This document shows positions 26,680 through 35,721 of a stretch of 64,000 bases of DNA, in pieces (within the stretch, counting starts at the first letter, position 1; every line of letters begins with the position of its first letter). A program made the position numbers and the translations under genes. The DNA lies in assembly GCA_963681965.1 (NCBI GenBank), contig OY820579.1, positions 1,248,001 through 1,312,000 on the forward strand. Reading direction: 5' to 3'. The notes beneath the pieces are model-generated. The model did not search any database, was not told the DNA's origin, and saw nothing but the letters and a program-made list of their open reading frames with translations. Source of the stretch: a bacterium. Lineage in GTDB: Bacteria > Electryoneota > JAOADG01.

Positions 26680-27242
26680 CACTTAATGATATTGAATTTG
26701 TACCCGCAGCTGTTGGAAATTATTCTTCGCGTCCTCGTGGTATAGTGATCGATACTATCGTCATTCATTACACGGCGAACGGCAGTATCGAGGATACCAT
26801 CGCATGGTTCCAGAATCCGGTGAATAAAGTATCGGCGCATTATGTGATTGGTCTCGATGGTCGCATTGTTCGGATGGTGCAAGACGCGAAAAAAGCTTAC
26901 CATGCCGGTGTATCACAGTGGAACGGTCGTACCGGCGTCAATGAATTTTCCATCGGTATCGAACTTGTCAACTGGGGTCCAGTCAAATTGCGCAATGGTG
27001 CGTTTTTCGCATGGCCAAGTGATTATTCACATCCTTATAAAGGGGATATGCCTGTGCTTATTGAGTCTGAATACTGGCAACCCTACCCGGAACCGCAGCT
27101 AATTGCGCTCGAGCAACTGGTACAACTCCTCTGCGAAGAGTACCCAATTCAGTGGGTGGTAGGGCACAATGAGATAGCACCCGAACGCAAGATTGATCCA
27201 GGTCCAGCATTCCCGTGGGAGCGTTTTCGCTTTAAAGTTTGA
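26676..27242 (+). CDS. N-acetylmuramoyl-L-alanine amidase (Amidase_2) endolysin
   Basis: IVIHYT, VSAHYVI, AYHAG, SIGIE, GHNEIAPERKIDPG; ATGA overlap with the holin. Confidence 0.9.
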   Translation: MTLNDIEFVPAAVGNYSSRPRGIVIDTIVIHYTANGSIEDTIAWFQNPVNKVSAHYVIGLDGRIVRMVQDAKKAYHAGVSQWNGRTGVNEFSIGIELVNWGPVKLRNGAFFAWPSDYSHPYKGDMPVLIESEYWQPYPEPQLIALEQLVQLLCEEYPIQWVVGHNEIAPERKIDPGPAFPWERFRFKV

Positions 27243-27811
27243 CACAATCGAAACATTTAACATTCTTCAATTTGAACTCCAACACTCTCATTTTTCCCTC
27301 TAGATTTGGTGAAGATTTACTTCGAATGTCCTAAGTAGGTATACATTGGTATTATTCCCTTTTCTCCAGCATCGATGCCAAGTCGATTGGCAGAACTGCT
27401 CATTTTGTGGTCTCCAATTTTCGAAAACATCGACTTGCTGGATCGCTTTGCTGCCCAAAGTCGATCAATATTTTGCTGACACCTAATTTTTATGTGGCAT
27501 ACAATTACTCGTGTAATGAAAGAAATTTACTAAATATCAACGCCTAAATTTCACTAATACTATTTTCAAAACAATGTGAGAAATTGATAGCTCTAGGAAG
27601 ATTCTGCAGAATATTTTATTTAGTATTGATAGCGGATGTCAATGATCTTACTTTATGACTAATTACAACGGATACATACTTGGGCGGCTTGCAGTGATTA
27701 AGATCGATGTAACCGAAAATCTTACTGGTTTACTGAGTATTCTGCGCCCATGCTTGAAGTGCTGGGCGTTTTCTTGTATGCTGAATTAGGTTAGAGGGAA
27801 GTGGAGGAAAG

Positions 27812-30382
27812 ATGCGAACGAATAGATTGATCCAGACGATCCTCGCAGTCGTTATCCTGATCGGTTCAGTATATGGTGTCAGTGTGCAATCGACGCGATT
27901 GCCACACCCATTCCAGTTTACCGAGAACAAGGGGCAATGGGATTCCGCCGTCCTCTATAAGTGTGAAGTGCGGCGCGATGGCTTCACCTGGTTCCTCGAA
28001 CGCGATGGTGTCACACTGGTTACGTCTGTGATCGATTCAACAAAACCCATTGACAATACCCGATTCAATCCGTTGGATCGCGATCTCCCACCGCGCTATG
28101 CGTTAAAATCGCATGCCCTCAAATTCAAATTCATCAGCGAATGCACGACACAAAAGGATGTCGGAATAAATTCCGACCTACGAAAATACACTTGCGCAAA
28201 ATCCATCGATGCACAAGGTGAACTATCGTGGCACAATAATTATTTCCTCGGAAATGATTCGTCGAAGTGGGCACCGGATTGTAGGAACTTTACATGTATC
28301 GTGTATCATGATGTCTGGGACGGCATCGATGTCGAGTGGTATGAGAGCAAAGGTCATCTTGAATTCGATTTCGTGGTACATCCCGGTGCTGATCCGAAAC
28401 AAATCAGGATGGTGTGTGAGGGATTGGAAGCGCCAATAGTAGGCGGTGGACGGACACTCTTGTCCGTCGACTCAATTAATTCTATCACAAAAAGGAGTCG
28501 GACAGGAGTGTCCGACCTCCTCTTATCAAATGAACTTTCGCTTCCCACCTCCCTCGGTGAATTACGGATGTCAATTCCGGGTGCATACCAAACCATTACT
28601 GATGGCACTCATGGAAACAATGTCACGGCACAATTCAAACTCGTGACGGGAAACGTCTTCGCTATCGATTTGCTGAATGGGTTCGATCCCTCTCAAACAC
28701 TCAGAATCGACCCGCTGGTGTATTCAACATATTTGGGCGATACGGGACAAGATAATGCATATTGTGCAACTGGAAATCGATCTACTAATTTATTCATTTC
28801 AGGCCTCACTTATAGTACAGACTTCCCGATATCTTCTGGAGCTCTACAAAATTCAATAAATGGAACTGAAGATGCATTTATTACACATATAAGTAATAGC
28901 GAGGCAATCGAATATAGTACTTATATCGGTGGATCAGATTTTGAGGAAAGTATCGCAATGGTTTCCGATGATAGTGGAAATATCGCTATCACTGGACAAA
29001 CACGAAGTACTAACTTTCCGATCACCAATTGGAGCCATTTTTATGGTGGAAATTATGATTGCTTCGTAACTAAAATTAACCATCTCGGATCTCAAATATT
29101 ATTCAGTACATATATCGGCGGTCCTCATGACGAGGATGGAAGAGGAATCATCACCGATGGAAATGGTGGAGTAATTATCACAGGTAAAACTGAAGGATTA
29201 TCCGAAGGATTCATCTCACCGAACGCATATCAACAGACTCAAGATGGATCCAATGATTGCTATCTAATTCACTTAAGCAATACTGGTAATCAAATTATTT
29301 ATGGTACGTATCTGGATGGCTCGACATTATCTGAAGGAAAGAGTTTAGTAGTTGATAATATCGGATCGATATCGGTCACCGGTACAACTTATAGTACTGA
29401 TTTCCCGGTAACTACGGGAGCGTTTGACACAACCTATAATGGAAGTAACAATGGTGATTGTTATATAACAAAATTAGGCCCAGACAGCTCATCATTAATT
29501 TTTAGTACCTTCCTTGGAGGGTCTGGATTCGATTGGGGGAATAAAATTGTTAATAACTCCGATAGTACTTTTACCATTCAAGGATTTACATCTAGCGTTA
29601 ATTTTCCAACAACTCCTGGTAGTTTCGATACTACTTTTAATGGTGATATCTGGGGTGACAATTTTATTGCAAAATTGAACGCTGCTGGTTCACATCTAAT
29701 TGTTAGTACATTTTTGGGTGGTTCCGGTTCAGAAGGTGGTTCGATGATTGCGAACGATCAAAATAGCTTTATTATCGCCGGGGGCACATCCAGTGTCGAT
29801 TATCCAACTACGGCTGGATGTTTTGATTCAACTTATCATGGTGGTGAATTCGATTGTTATGTGACTTGGATGAATAATTCTTGTTCGAATATTGTTTATA
29901 GCTCGCTATTCGGTGGTTCTTCCTATGATGCTGTACGGGGATTGATAGATCTAGGAAACTCAGAGTGCTGTTTAGTGGGAACGACCAACAGTTCTGATTT
30001 TCCTACAACAAATAACGCAATTGATACAACTTCTCGCGGTTCTTACGATGTATTTATTACTCGTTTTCTATTATCGCCAAACTCTTTATCGCCGGATCAA
30101 TTAAGAGAATTTAAACCGAGCAGATTCACACTTTATCCAAGCTATCCGAACCCGTTCAATAATTCGATAAATATTCGTTATGACATACACCAGAGTTGTA
30201 AAACGTCATTCGATTTGTTTGATTTAAATGGTAGAGAATTAATGAAATTAGAAAATCAATGGCAAGGACCTGGAAAATATAAATATCAATTATCTGCTAA
30301 AAATCTTACTTCTGGAGTTTACTTTCTTCGTATGAAAGTTGACAAGCAAATCACAACACAAAAGGTTGTTATTGTAAAATGA
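27812..30382 (+). CDS. Secreted SBBP-repeat (beta-propeller) surface protein with T9SS-A-like CTD
   Basis: FTENKGQW, NYFLGND, VWDGID, IDPLVYSTYLG, repeated G.T.S.DFP.T, SYPNPFN...KVVIVK. Confidence 0.88.
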   Translation: MRTNRLIQTILAVVILIGSVYGVSVQSTRLPHPFQFTENKGQWDSAVLYKCEVRRDGFTWFLERDGVTLVTSVIDSTKPIDNTRFNPLDRDLPPRYALKSHALKFKFISECTTQKDVGINSDLRKYTCAKSIDAQGELSWHNNYFLGNDSSKWAPDCRNFTCIVYHDVWDGIDVEWYESKGHLEFDFVVHPGADPKQIRMVCEGLEAPIVGGGRTLLSVDSINSITKRSRTGVSDLLLSNELSLPTSLGELRMSIPGAYQTITDGTHGNNVTAQFKLVTGNVFAIDLLNGFDPSQTLRIDPLVYSTYLGDTGQDNAYCATGNRSTNLFISGLTYSTDFPISSGALQNSINGTEDAFITHISNSEAIEYSTYIGGSDFEESIAMVSDDSGNIAITGQTRSTNFPITNWSHFYGGNYDCFVTKINHLGSQILFSTYIGGPHDEDGRGIITDGNGGVIITGKTEGLSEGFISPNAYQQTQDGSNDCYLIHLSNTGNQIIYGTYLDGSTLSEGKSLVVDNIGSISVTGTTYSTDFPVTTGAFDTTYNGSNNGDCYITKLGPDSSSLIFSTFLGGSGFDWGNKIVNNSDSTFTIQGFTSSVNFPTTPGSFDTTFNGDIWGDNFIAKLNAAGSHLIVSTFLGGSGSEGGSMIANDQNSFIIAGGTSSVDYPTTAGCFDSTYHGGEFDCYVTWMNNSCSNIVYSSLFGGSSYDAVRGLIDLGNSECCLVGTTNSSDFPTTNNAIDTTSRGSYDVFITRFLLSPNSLSPDQLREFKPSRFTLYPSYPNPFNNSINIRYDIHQSCKTSFDLFDLNGRELMKLENQWQGPGKYKYQLSAKNLTSGVYFLRMKVDKQITTQKVVIVK
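28439..28520. repeat. REP-like inverted palindrome pair inside the CDS
   Basis: GTAGGCGGTGGACGGACACTCTTGTCCGTC ... GTCGGACAGGAGTGTCCGACCTCC; related GTCGGAATAAATTCCGACCTAC at 28160-28181. Confidence 0.6.
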
Positions 30383-30456
30383 GGTGGTACCCTCAGTTTG
30401 GACAGTTTTGTGCGAATCTTAGTTAGATTGCACCGCCCACTGTCTGCTGTTTCTTG

Positions 30457-31266
30457 TCAGGCAGCTGCCTGACAAGAAAGATTTCTTAGACTATCGGTGT
30501 AGACTTCATCTGGGGTTTGATAGCCCAAGCCTTGGTGCGAACGTTCGCTGTTGTAGAACGAAAAATACTCACCGATGCTACGCTCTGCAATGCGAACTGA
30601 ATCGTACCCTTTCAAGTATACTTCCTCGTACTTCAACGACTTCCACAACCGTTCGACAAAACGGTTATCCATCCACCGACCTTTACCATCCATACTGATC
30701 CGAACGCCTGCCTCTTTCAAAACATCCGTAAATGCGATGCTGGTAAACTGACACCCTTGATCGCTGTTGAAGATCTCAGGCTTCCCATACTTCGACAATG
30801 CTTCCGTCAGCGCTTCCACACAGAAATCGGTGTCCAGCGTATTCGAAAGTCGCCACGACAGTACTTTCCGGCTGTACCAATCGATCACCGCCACCAGATA
30901 CACAAAACCCCGAGCCAATGGGATGTACGTGATATCGGTTGCCCACACTTGATTCGCCCGATCTACCACAATATCGCGAAGCAGGTACGGATAAATCTTG
31001 TGTTCCTTGTCAGGAACCGTCGTACGCGGCTTGCGGTACAATGCTTCCAGACCGAGGATGCGTAGCAAGGAACGAACCTTTTTCCGACCAACATCGATAC
31101 CCTGCTTCGATAACTCCACCACCAGTTTACGGGCACCGTAGAACGGAACCTTCAGGTGAAGCTCATCCAGCGTTCGCAACAGCATCAATTTGTTCGAATC
31201 AAGCGGAACAGGGCGATAGTAGTAACTGCTGCGTGGAACCTTGATCAAAGAACACTGCTGAACCAA
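30457..31266 (-). CDS. IS3 transposase OrfB
   Basis: [42 protein letters not shown]. Confidence 0.95.
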   Translation of the reverse strand: MVQQCSLIKVPRSSYYYRPVPLDSNKLMLLRTLDELHLKVPFYGARKLVVELSKQGIDVGRKKVRSLLRILGLEALYRKPRTTVPDKEHKIYPYLLRDIVVDRANQVWATDITYIPLARGFVYLVAVIDWYSRKVLSWRLSNTLDTDFCVEALTEALSKYGKPEIFNSDQGCQFTSIAFTDVLKEAGVRISMDGKGRWMDNRFVERLWKSLKYEEVYLKGYDSVRIAERSIGEYFSFYNSERSHQGLGYQTPDEVYTDSLRNLSCQAAA

Positions 31267-31289
31267 CGGTAAACGGGCACCCGGATCGA

Positions 31290-31592
31290 TCAGCGCTTCA
31301 CGCTCAGAACGCCCAAGCGACTGAGCCCCCGTGACAAAAAATCGTTCTCCATCGTTAACTGGCCAATCTTGGCGCGAAGCTCCTTAAGGTCTACTTCTTC
31401 ACTTCCTGACGACTCGGTCTTGCCAAACACCGATGCAGCATGATCCAAAAGCTGCCTCTTCCACTGGCTGATCTGATTCGGATGAACCTGATACATACTC
31501 GCCAGTTCCGATACCGTCTTGTCACCCTTGAGGGCTGCTAATGCTACCTTCGCCTTGAAATCAGGCGATAAGGTCCGTCGTAATCCCGACAT
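31290..31592 (-). CDS. IS3 transposase OrfA
   Basis: RRTLSPDFKAKVAL...VHPNQISQWK...KIGQLTMENDFL; GGAG RBS. Confidence 0.92.
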   Translation of the reverse strand: MSGLRRTLSPDFKAKVALAALKGDKTVSELASMYQVHPNQISQWKRQLLDHAASVFGKTESSGSEEVDLKELRAKIGQLTMENDFLSRGLSRLGVLSVKR

Positions 31593-32236
31593 TGTAAACT
31601 CCCTGCTTGCTGTCAAAATATCGGGCAAAGCAATCTAACTAACAAACTGTCCAGGAAAACGGGACCACTTCAAAATGAGGCCACTCTTACTATGCTCATC
31701 TTTAAAGAGTTGTCGATCAATTCAAGGAGGAAAGATGCCCCGAATAGTTGGAATTATCGCTCTATATTTATGCATTTTTTCAATTTGTTACTCACAGACG
31801 ATTCGATTTCACGGTCGTCAGTGGCAACATTATTTTAATCATCGCAATTCAGAGGCAATTCCTTATCAAAAAGTCACTTTTAATGATGGTTTTATATCAA
31901 ATCAAGTTAGGTTAAATGGTCTGAAGCGCGATAATTGGAATCCTGATCAACCGTATTGGTATGCAAACGATGCAGCATTGGTTTTTTCTTCAGGAAATCA
32001 TGATAGCATTATGGTTAATGGAATTAGTGTTTATTGTGACACTTTGCATGTTAAATATGTTAAGCGTATCAATAGCTATTATTACAATCCAAATCATCAG
32101 GGACCACTGCCTTTTGATTCAACACGATGGTCTTGGAATCATCGGTATTTTGACACTTTAGGAATTGATTATGAAAGATTTGTGTCGAATTTTCACATTC
32201 TTGAAAGAAAACGTATTTCTACTAATGATATGAATG

Positions 32237-33454
32237 GAAACCTCTGAAAAAATCACTTTTGTATCACTCTCTTTTGCCTCATCAGTCTGATTTCGACGAT
32301 TTTCGAAATGAATTGCAAATTTTAGTGTAATTGGGGTCGATTTTGGTTGGATTTTTTGATGATTTTCGGTGATTTCTGCTGCTTGGGCAGAGTTCACTCT
32401 CCGATTTATCGTTTTTCAGGTTACCAGCACCAGTTTGCAGGCCCGTTTCAAGTTCACTGCCATGGCGGTAAAGTAGACTTGTGTCAGATTCCGTTCGATA
32501 CCGTAATAGCGCAAACGCGCGAGGTGTCCCCACCGCTTCAAGTCGTTCATCTTGGCTTCGATCCGGCTTCGGATCCGTGAGTTGGATCGATTGCGGCATC
32601 GCTCATGTTCCGTCAAGCGACGATTGCGTCTTGCCTTGTGAAGAATGCCGTCGTACCAGTGGCGGGCGTGAATCAAGTTGCGGTGTGCCGTCGAATCGTA
32701 CGCCTTGTCGGCAAACACGCCACCGGTGTCGTCGGGAAGCAATGCCTCGAACACCTGCGAGTCGTGAACAATATTCGATGTCAAGTCGACTGCTTCGATC
32801 AGCTCGCTTTCATGATCCATCGAAACATGCACTTTCATCCCGTCGACCGGTTTATCTTTGCGGACCGTGATGGTTACATCGGGGTCGACCGGAGTACCGT
32901 CGGCACGGGTGGAGCCCGCAGTCGTGGCACCCTTGACCAATGTCGCGTCGACCAGTGTACAACTGCGAACGAATAGACCGAACGAAGCCAACTGACGGTT
33001 CAATTCATTGAACAATTCCTTCTCGTAACGAAAGTCGCGCAACCGTTGACGGAACCGAACCAGGGTCGAATCGTCCAACAGATAATCGCGAACGGTAAAA
33101 CCGATAAACCGTTCGAAGCTGCGTCGGTCGTGGATCTCCTGCACCACTTGTACATCCGACAGACCGTACCATTGTTCCAACAGCAACGCTTTGAACAACA
33201 TCAACGGCGGGATCGGGGGGCGACCGCGGGTGCCGCGGTACATCCGCATTAGCAGCGACTCGATCGGACGAAAATCGATCAACCGATCGATCTCATCAAG
33301 CATGCTCTTCTTGTGACGGCGACACTGATCGTCTAGTTCACCGAAGGTAATCCATTCGCGGGTAGAGGGAACGAGGGACATTGTAAACTCCGTTATAGGC
33401 TCTAACGGCAATACGAGATAATCATCAAAAACGTGGGATTAAATCAGAGGTTTC
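32237..33454 (-). mobile_element. IS5-family insertion sequence
   Basis: IRs GAAACCTCTGA / TCAGAGGTTTC; 5-bp DR GAATG (32232-32236, 33455-33459). Confidence 0.9.
32416..33381 (-). CDS. IS5-family transposase
   Basis: GRPP...LLEQWYGLSD, D.STL.RFR, VDAT, ADKAYD, RSRIE, RYYG. Confidence 0.92.
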   Translation of the reverse strand: MSLVPSTREWITFGELDDQCRRHKKSMLDEIDRLIDFRPIESLLMRMYRGTRGRPPIPPLMLFKALLLEQWYGLSDVQVVQEIHDRRSFERFIGFTVRDYLLDDSTLVRFRQRLRDFRYEKELFNELNRQLASFGLFVRSCTLVDATLVKGATTAGSTRADGTPVDPDVTITVRKDKPVDGMKVHVSMDHESELIEAVDLTSNIVHDSQVFEALLPDDTGGVFADKAYDSTAHRNLIHARHWYDGILHKARRNRRLTEHERCRNRSNSRIRSRIEAKMNDLKRWGHLARLRYYGIERNLTQVYFTAMAVNLKRACKLVLVT

Positions 33455-33590
33455 GAATGCTGTTCTTGATCCTGATGACTACAAAAACGATTCAATTAAT
33501 GCAGTTATTTGCGATTTTATGCGTCGCGCAATTTTGCAAGAATATGTTTGGTACTCTCCAATTGGAGTTGCTACAAAAGACTCATTAAGG

Positions 33591-34840
33591 TGATCTAGCC
33601 CCCGAAAGTAGTACCACTCTCTATGTCAGAGTAGTACCTTTTATGGGAGGTTTTCATGCGTGGAGTGAAGCGAACTGCGGAGCAGATTATCCCGATGCTT
33701 CGTGAAGCGGAAGTTGAGATTGGGAAGGGGATGAGCGTCCGTGAAGTTTGCCGGAAGTTGGGCATCCAGGAACATACTTACTACCACTGGCGCAAGGAAT
33801 ACGGTGGTTTGAAGCTGGATCAGGCGAAGCGTTTGAAGGAACTGGAACGCGAGAATGGCCGTCTTCGGAAGGTCGTATCTGATCTGACCTTGGACAAAGA
33901 GATCCTGCAGGAGGCTCTCAAGGGAAAATAGTGTGCCCGGCGAAGCGTCGCGAGACTGCGCTTACTGTTCGCCATTCGCTGGGCATTGATCGGGTCTCGG
34001 AACGACGGGTCTGTACGGTTCTTTGCGAACCACGAACGAGTCACCGGTATGCACCGCTTCGTCGTGCCGACGAAGGCCCGTTGGTCTCGCTGGTGGTATT
34101 TCTGGCTTGCCAGTATGGCGGGTATGGCTACCGGATCGTAACGGCGATGATCCGTAACATCGGCTGGCGGGTAAACCACAAACGGGTGGAACGGATCTGG
34201 CGACAGTCCGGACTGAAGGTCCCGAAGAAGCAGAAGAAGCGTCGAAGACTGTGGCTGAATGATGGTTCCTGCATCCGTCTACGTCCGGAACATCCGGATC
34301 ATGTCTGGAGCTTCGACTTTGTCACGTGGCATACGTCGAATGGTCGTTCGTTCAAGATCTTTGCGATCATGGACGAATACACCCGGGAATGCCTTGCGAT
34401 CCTGGTAGCCCGGAAGATCAAGGCGGATGATGTTCTTTGCGTACTGGAAGAACTGTTTGTAGTACGAGGTACACCGATTCATGTTCGTAGTGACAATGGC
34501 CCTGAGTTTACGGCGAATGAGGTACTAGCGTGGCTGCCCCGGGTTGATGTGCAACCCTTGTTTATTACGCCTGGCAGCCCGTGGGAAAACGGATACATCG
34601 AAAGTTTTAACTGTCGGTTGAAACTGTTGCTGAAGGGTGAAATCTTTGATACCATATTGGAAGCAAAGGTGATTATCGAACAATGGCGGCACCATTACAA
34701 TACGATTCGACCGCACAGCTCTTTGGGCTATCTGCCGCCGGCACCGGAAACAGAGTTACCACTCATTCCTGCTCCGCTACGCTACGCAGGAATGAGACCA
34801 GTGTGACATAGACACTGGTACAAATAATGGGGGCAGATCA
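33591..34840 (+). mobile_element. IS3-family insertion sequence, copy 2 (inverted relative to copy 1)
   Basis: 1250 bp; OrfA 33656..33931 and OrfB 33931..34806 translate identically to copy 1. Confidence 0.95.
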
Positions 34841-34853
34841 TGACGATACAGCA

Positions 34854-35330
34854 TCAACGCTTCGTTAATACTTCAACAACGGCTTTATGTCCATTATATT
34901 TTGCAACATTTAGCGGCGTATCTTCATCGCTAGTTCGAATGTTCGGGTTAGCACCTTTCGACAAAAGAAATTCAACTACTTCCGCATGACCATTCATTGC
35001 CGCCAAGAATAATGGAGTTTGTTCCATGAATCCACTTTTTGCATTCACGTTTGCCCCCTTGGAAACAAGAAATTCAACGACATCTTTACGAGCATTAAAT
35101 GCTGCTGTGTGAAGCGGCGTTTCCTTTGCGGGTGTGTTGATGGAATCAATCTCAGCTCCAGATTCTATGAGAAATTGTACGTAATTTAGTTTTCCATGCT
35201 CAGCCGCCACGTAGAGCGGCGTCCAATTGTCCATATCCTTAGATTTTGCATTCACTAAAGCTGGATTGTTTGTCAGAATTATACGCAGAAGTCCAAAATC
35301 CTGACCTTTTACCGCATCCCATATTTCCAT
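34854..35330 (-). CDS. Ankyrin-repeat protein
   Basis: TPLYVAA, TPLHTAA, TPLFLAA, TPLNVA with GA.VN spacers. Confidence 0.92.
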   Translation of the reverse strand: MEIWDAVKGQDFGLLRIILTNNPALVNAKSKDMDNWTPLYVAAEHGKLNYVQFLIESGAEIDSINTPAKETPLHTAAFNARKDVVEFLVSKGANVNAKSGFMEQTPLFLAAMNGHAEVVEFLLSKGANPNIRTSDEDTPLNVAKYNGHKAVVEVLTKR

Positions 35331-35472
35331 TTTGATGGCCTCGTTTCTGAATGCTCTTGAGATTTGATCGTTTTACTATTAATTGTACAGCCATTCTTCC
35401 GCTTTCCGCATCGATTTGCTTGCGGAATCGGAATAACCTACATAAGAAAAACCGGAATACTCGACTTAGACC

Positions 35473-35703
35473 TCACGCGAGTGATGATTCGATTCTACGC
35501 CGAACCCACTCACAATGACAAGTGCCTTCACAACGACAAATGACACAATCGCCGTCACAATCACCCTTGACACATAGAATGTTCGGTAAGTCCGATTCAA
35601 TCTGCTGAATACTGATTATCTTACAATCGCTTGTATTCGCAAGTGTGGTGGCATAAATCGACGATAAAGAGTAGTCGATCTCATTTTGGTTCGATGATTC
35701 CAT
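35473..35703 (-). CDS. Cys-rich small peptide, candidate RiPP precursor
   Basis: Strong GGAGGT RBS; 18 bp downstream of the rSAM gene; core CVKGDCDGDCVICRCEGTCHCEW. Confidence 0.7.
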   Translation of the reverse strand: MESSNQNEIDYSLSSIYATTLANTSDCKIISIQQIESDLPNILCVKGDCDGDCVICRCEGTCHCEWVRRRIESSLA

Positions 35704-35721
35704 TTTACCTCCGATACGTAA

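Larger units (their letters stand above)
12742..27242 (+). mobile_element. Defective prophage remnant (head, head-completion, fibre and lysis genes)
   Basis: TerS-like gene, protease/scaffold, MCP, head-tail joining genes, fibres, holin, amidase; no recognisable TerL, portal, tail tube/sheath or tape measure. Confidence 0.85.
30380..31672 (-). mobile_element. IS3-family insertion sequence (second type)
   Basis: IRs TGAGGTGGTACCCTCAGTTTGGACAGTTT / TGAAGTGGTCCCGTTTTCCTGGACAGTTT; 3-bp DR AAA. Confidence 0.92.
31735..33590 (+). pseudogene. Secreted hypothetical protein interrupted by IS5 and truncated by IS3 copy 2
   Basis: AAGGAGG RBS and signal peptide; removing the IS and one GAATG restores ...NDMN-AVLDPDDYKND...KDSLR, open up to 33590. 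Confidence 0.75.
11492..34840. mobile_element. Candidate composite transposon (two inverted IS3 copies, 5-bp TSD TGACG)
   Basis: TGACG at 11487-11491 and at 34841-34845 directly abut the outer IS ends; the inner flanks show no matching repeats. Confidence 0.65.

Noticed and set aside
12742-33590. Simple inversion between two independently inserted IS3 copies
   Set aside because: An inversion would pair each outer flank with the reverse complement of the opposite inner flank; these do not match, whereas the two outer flanks do.
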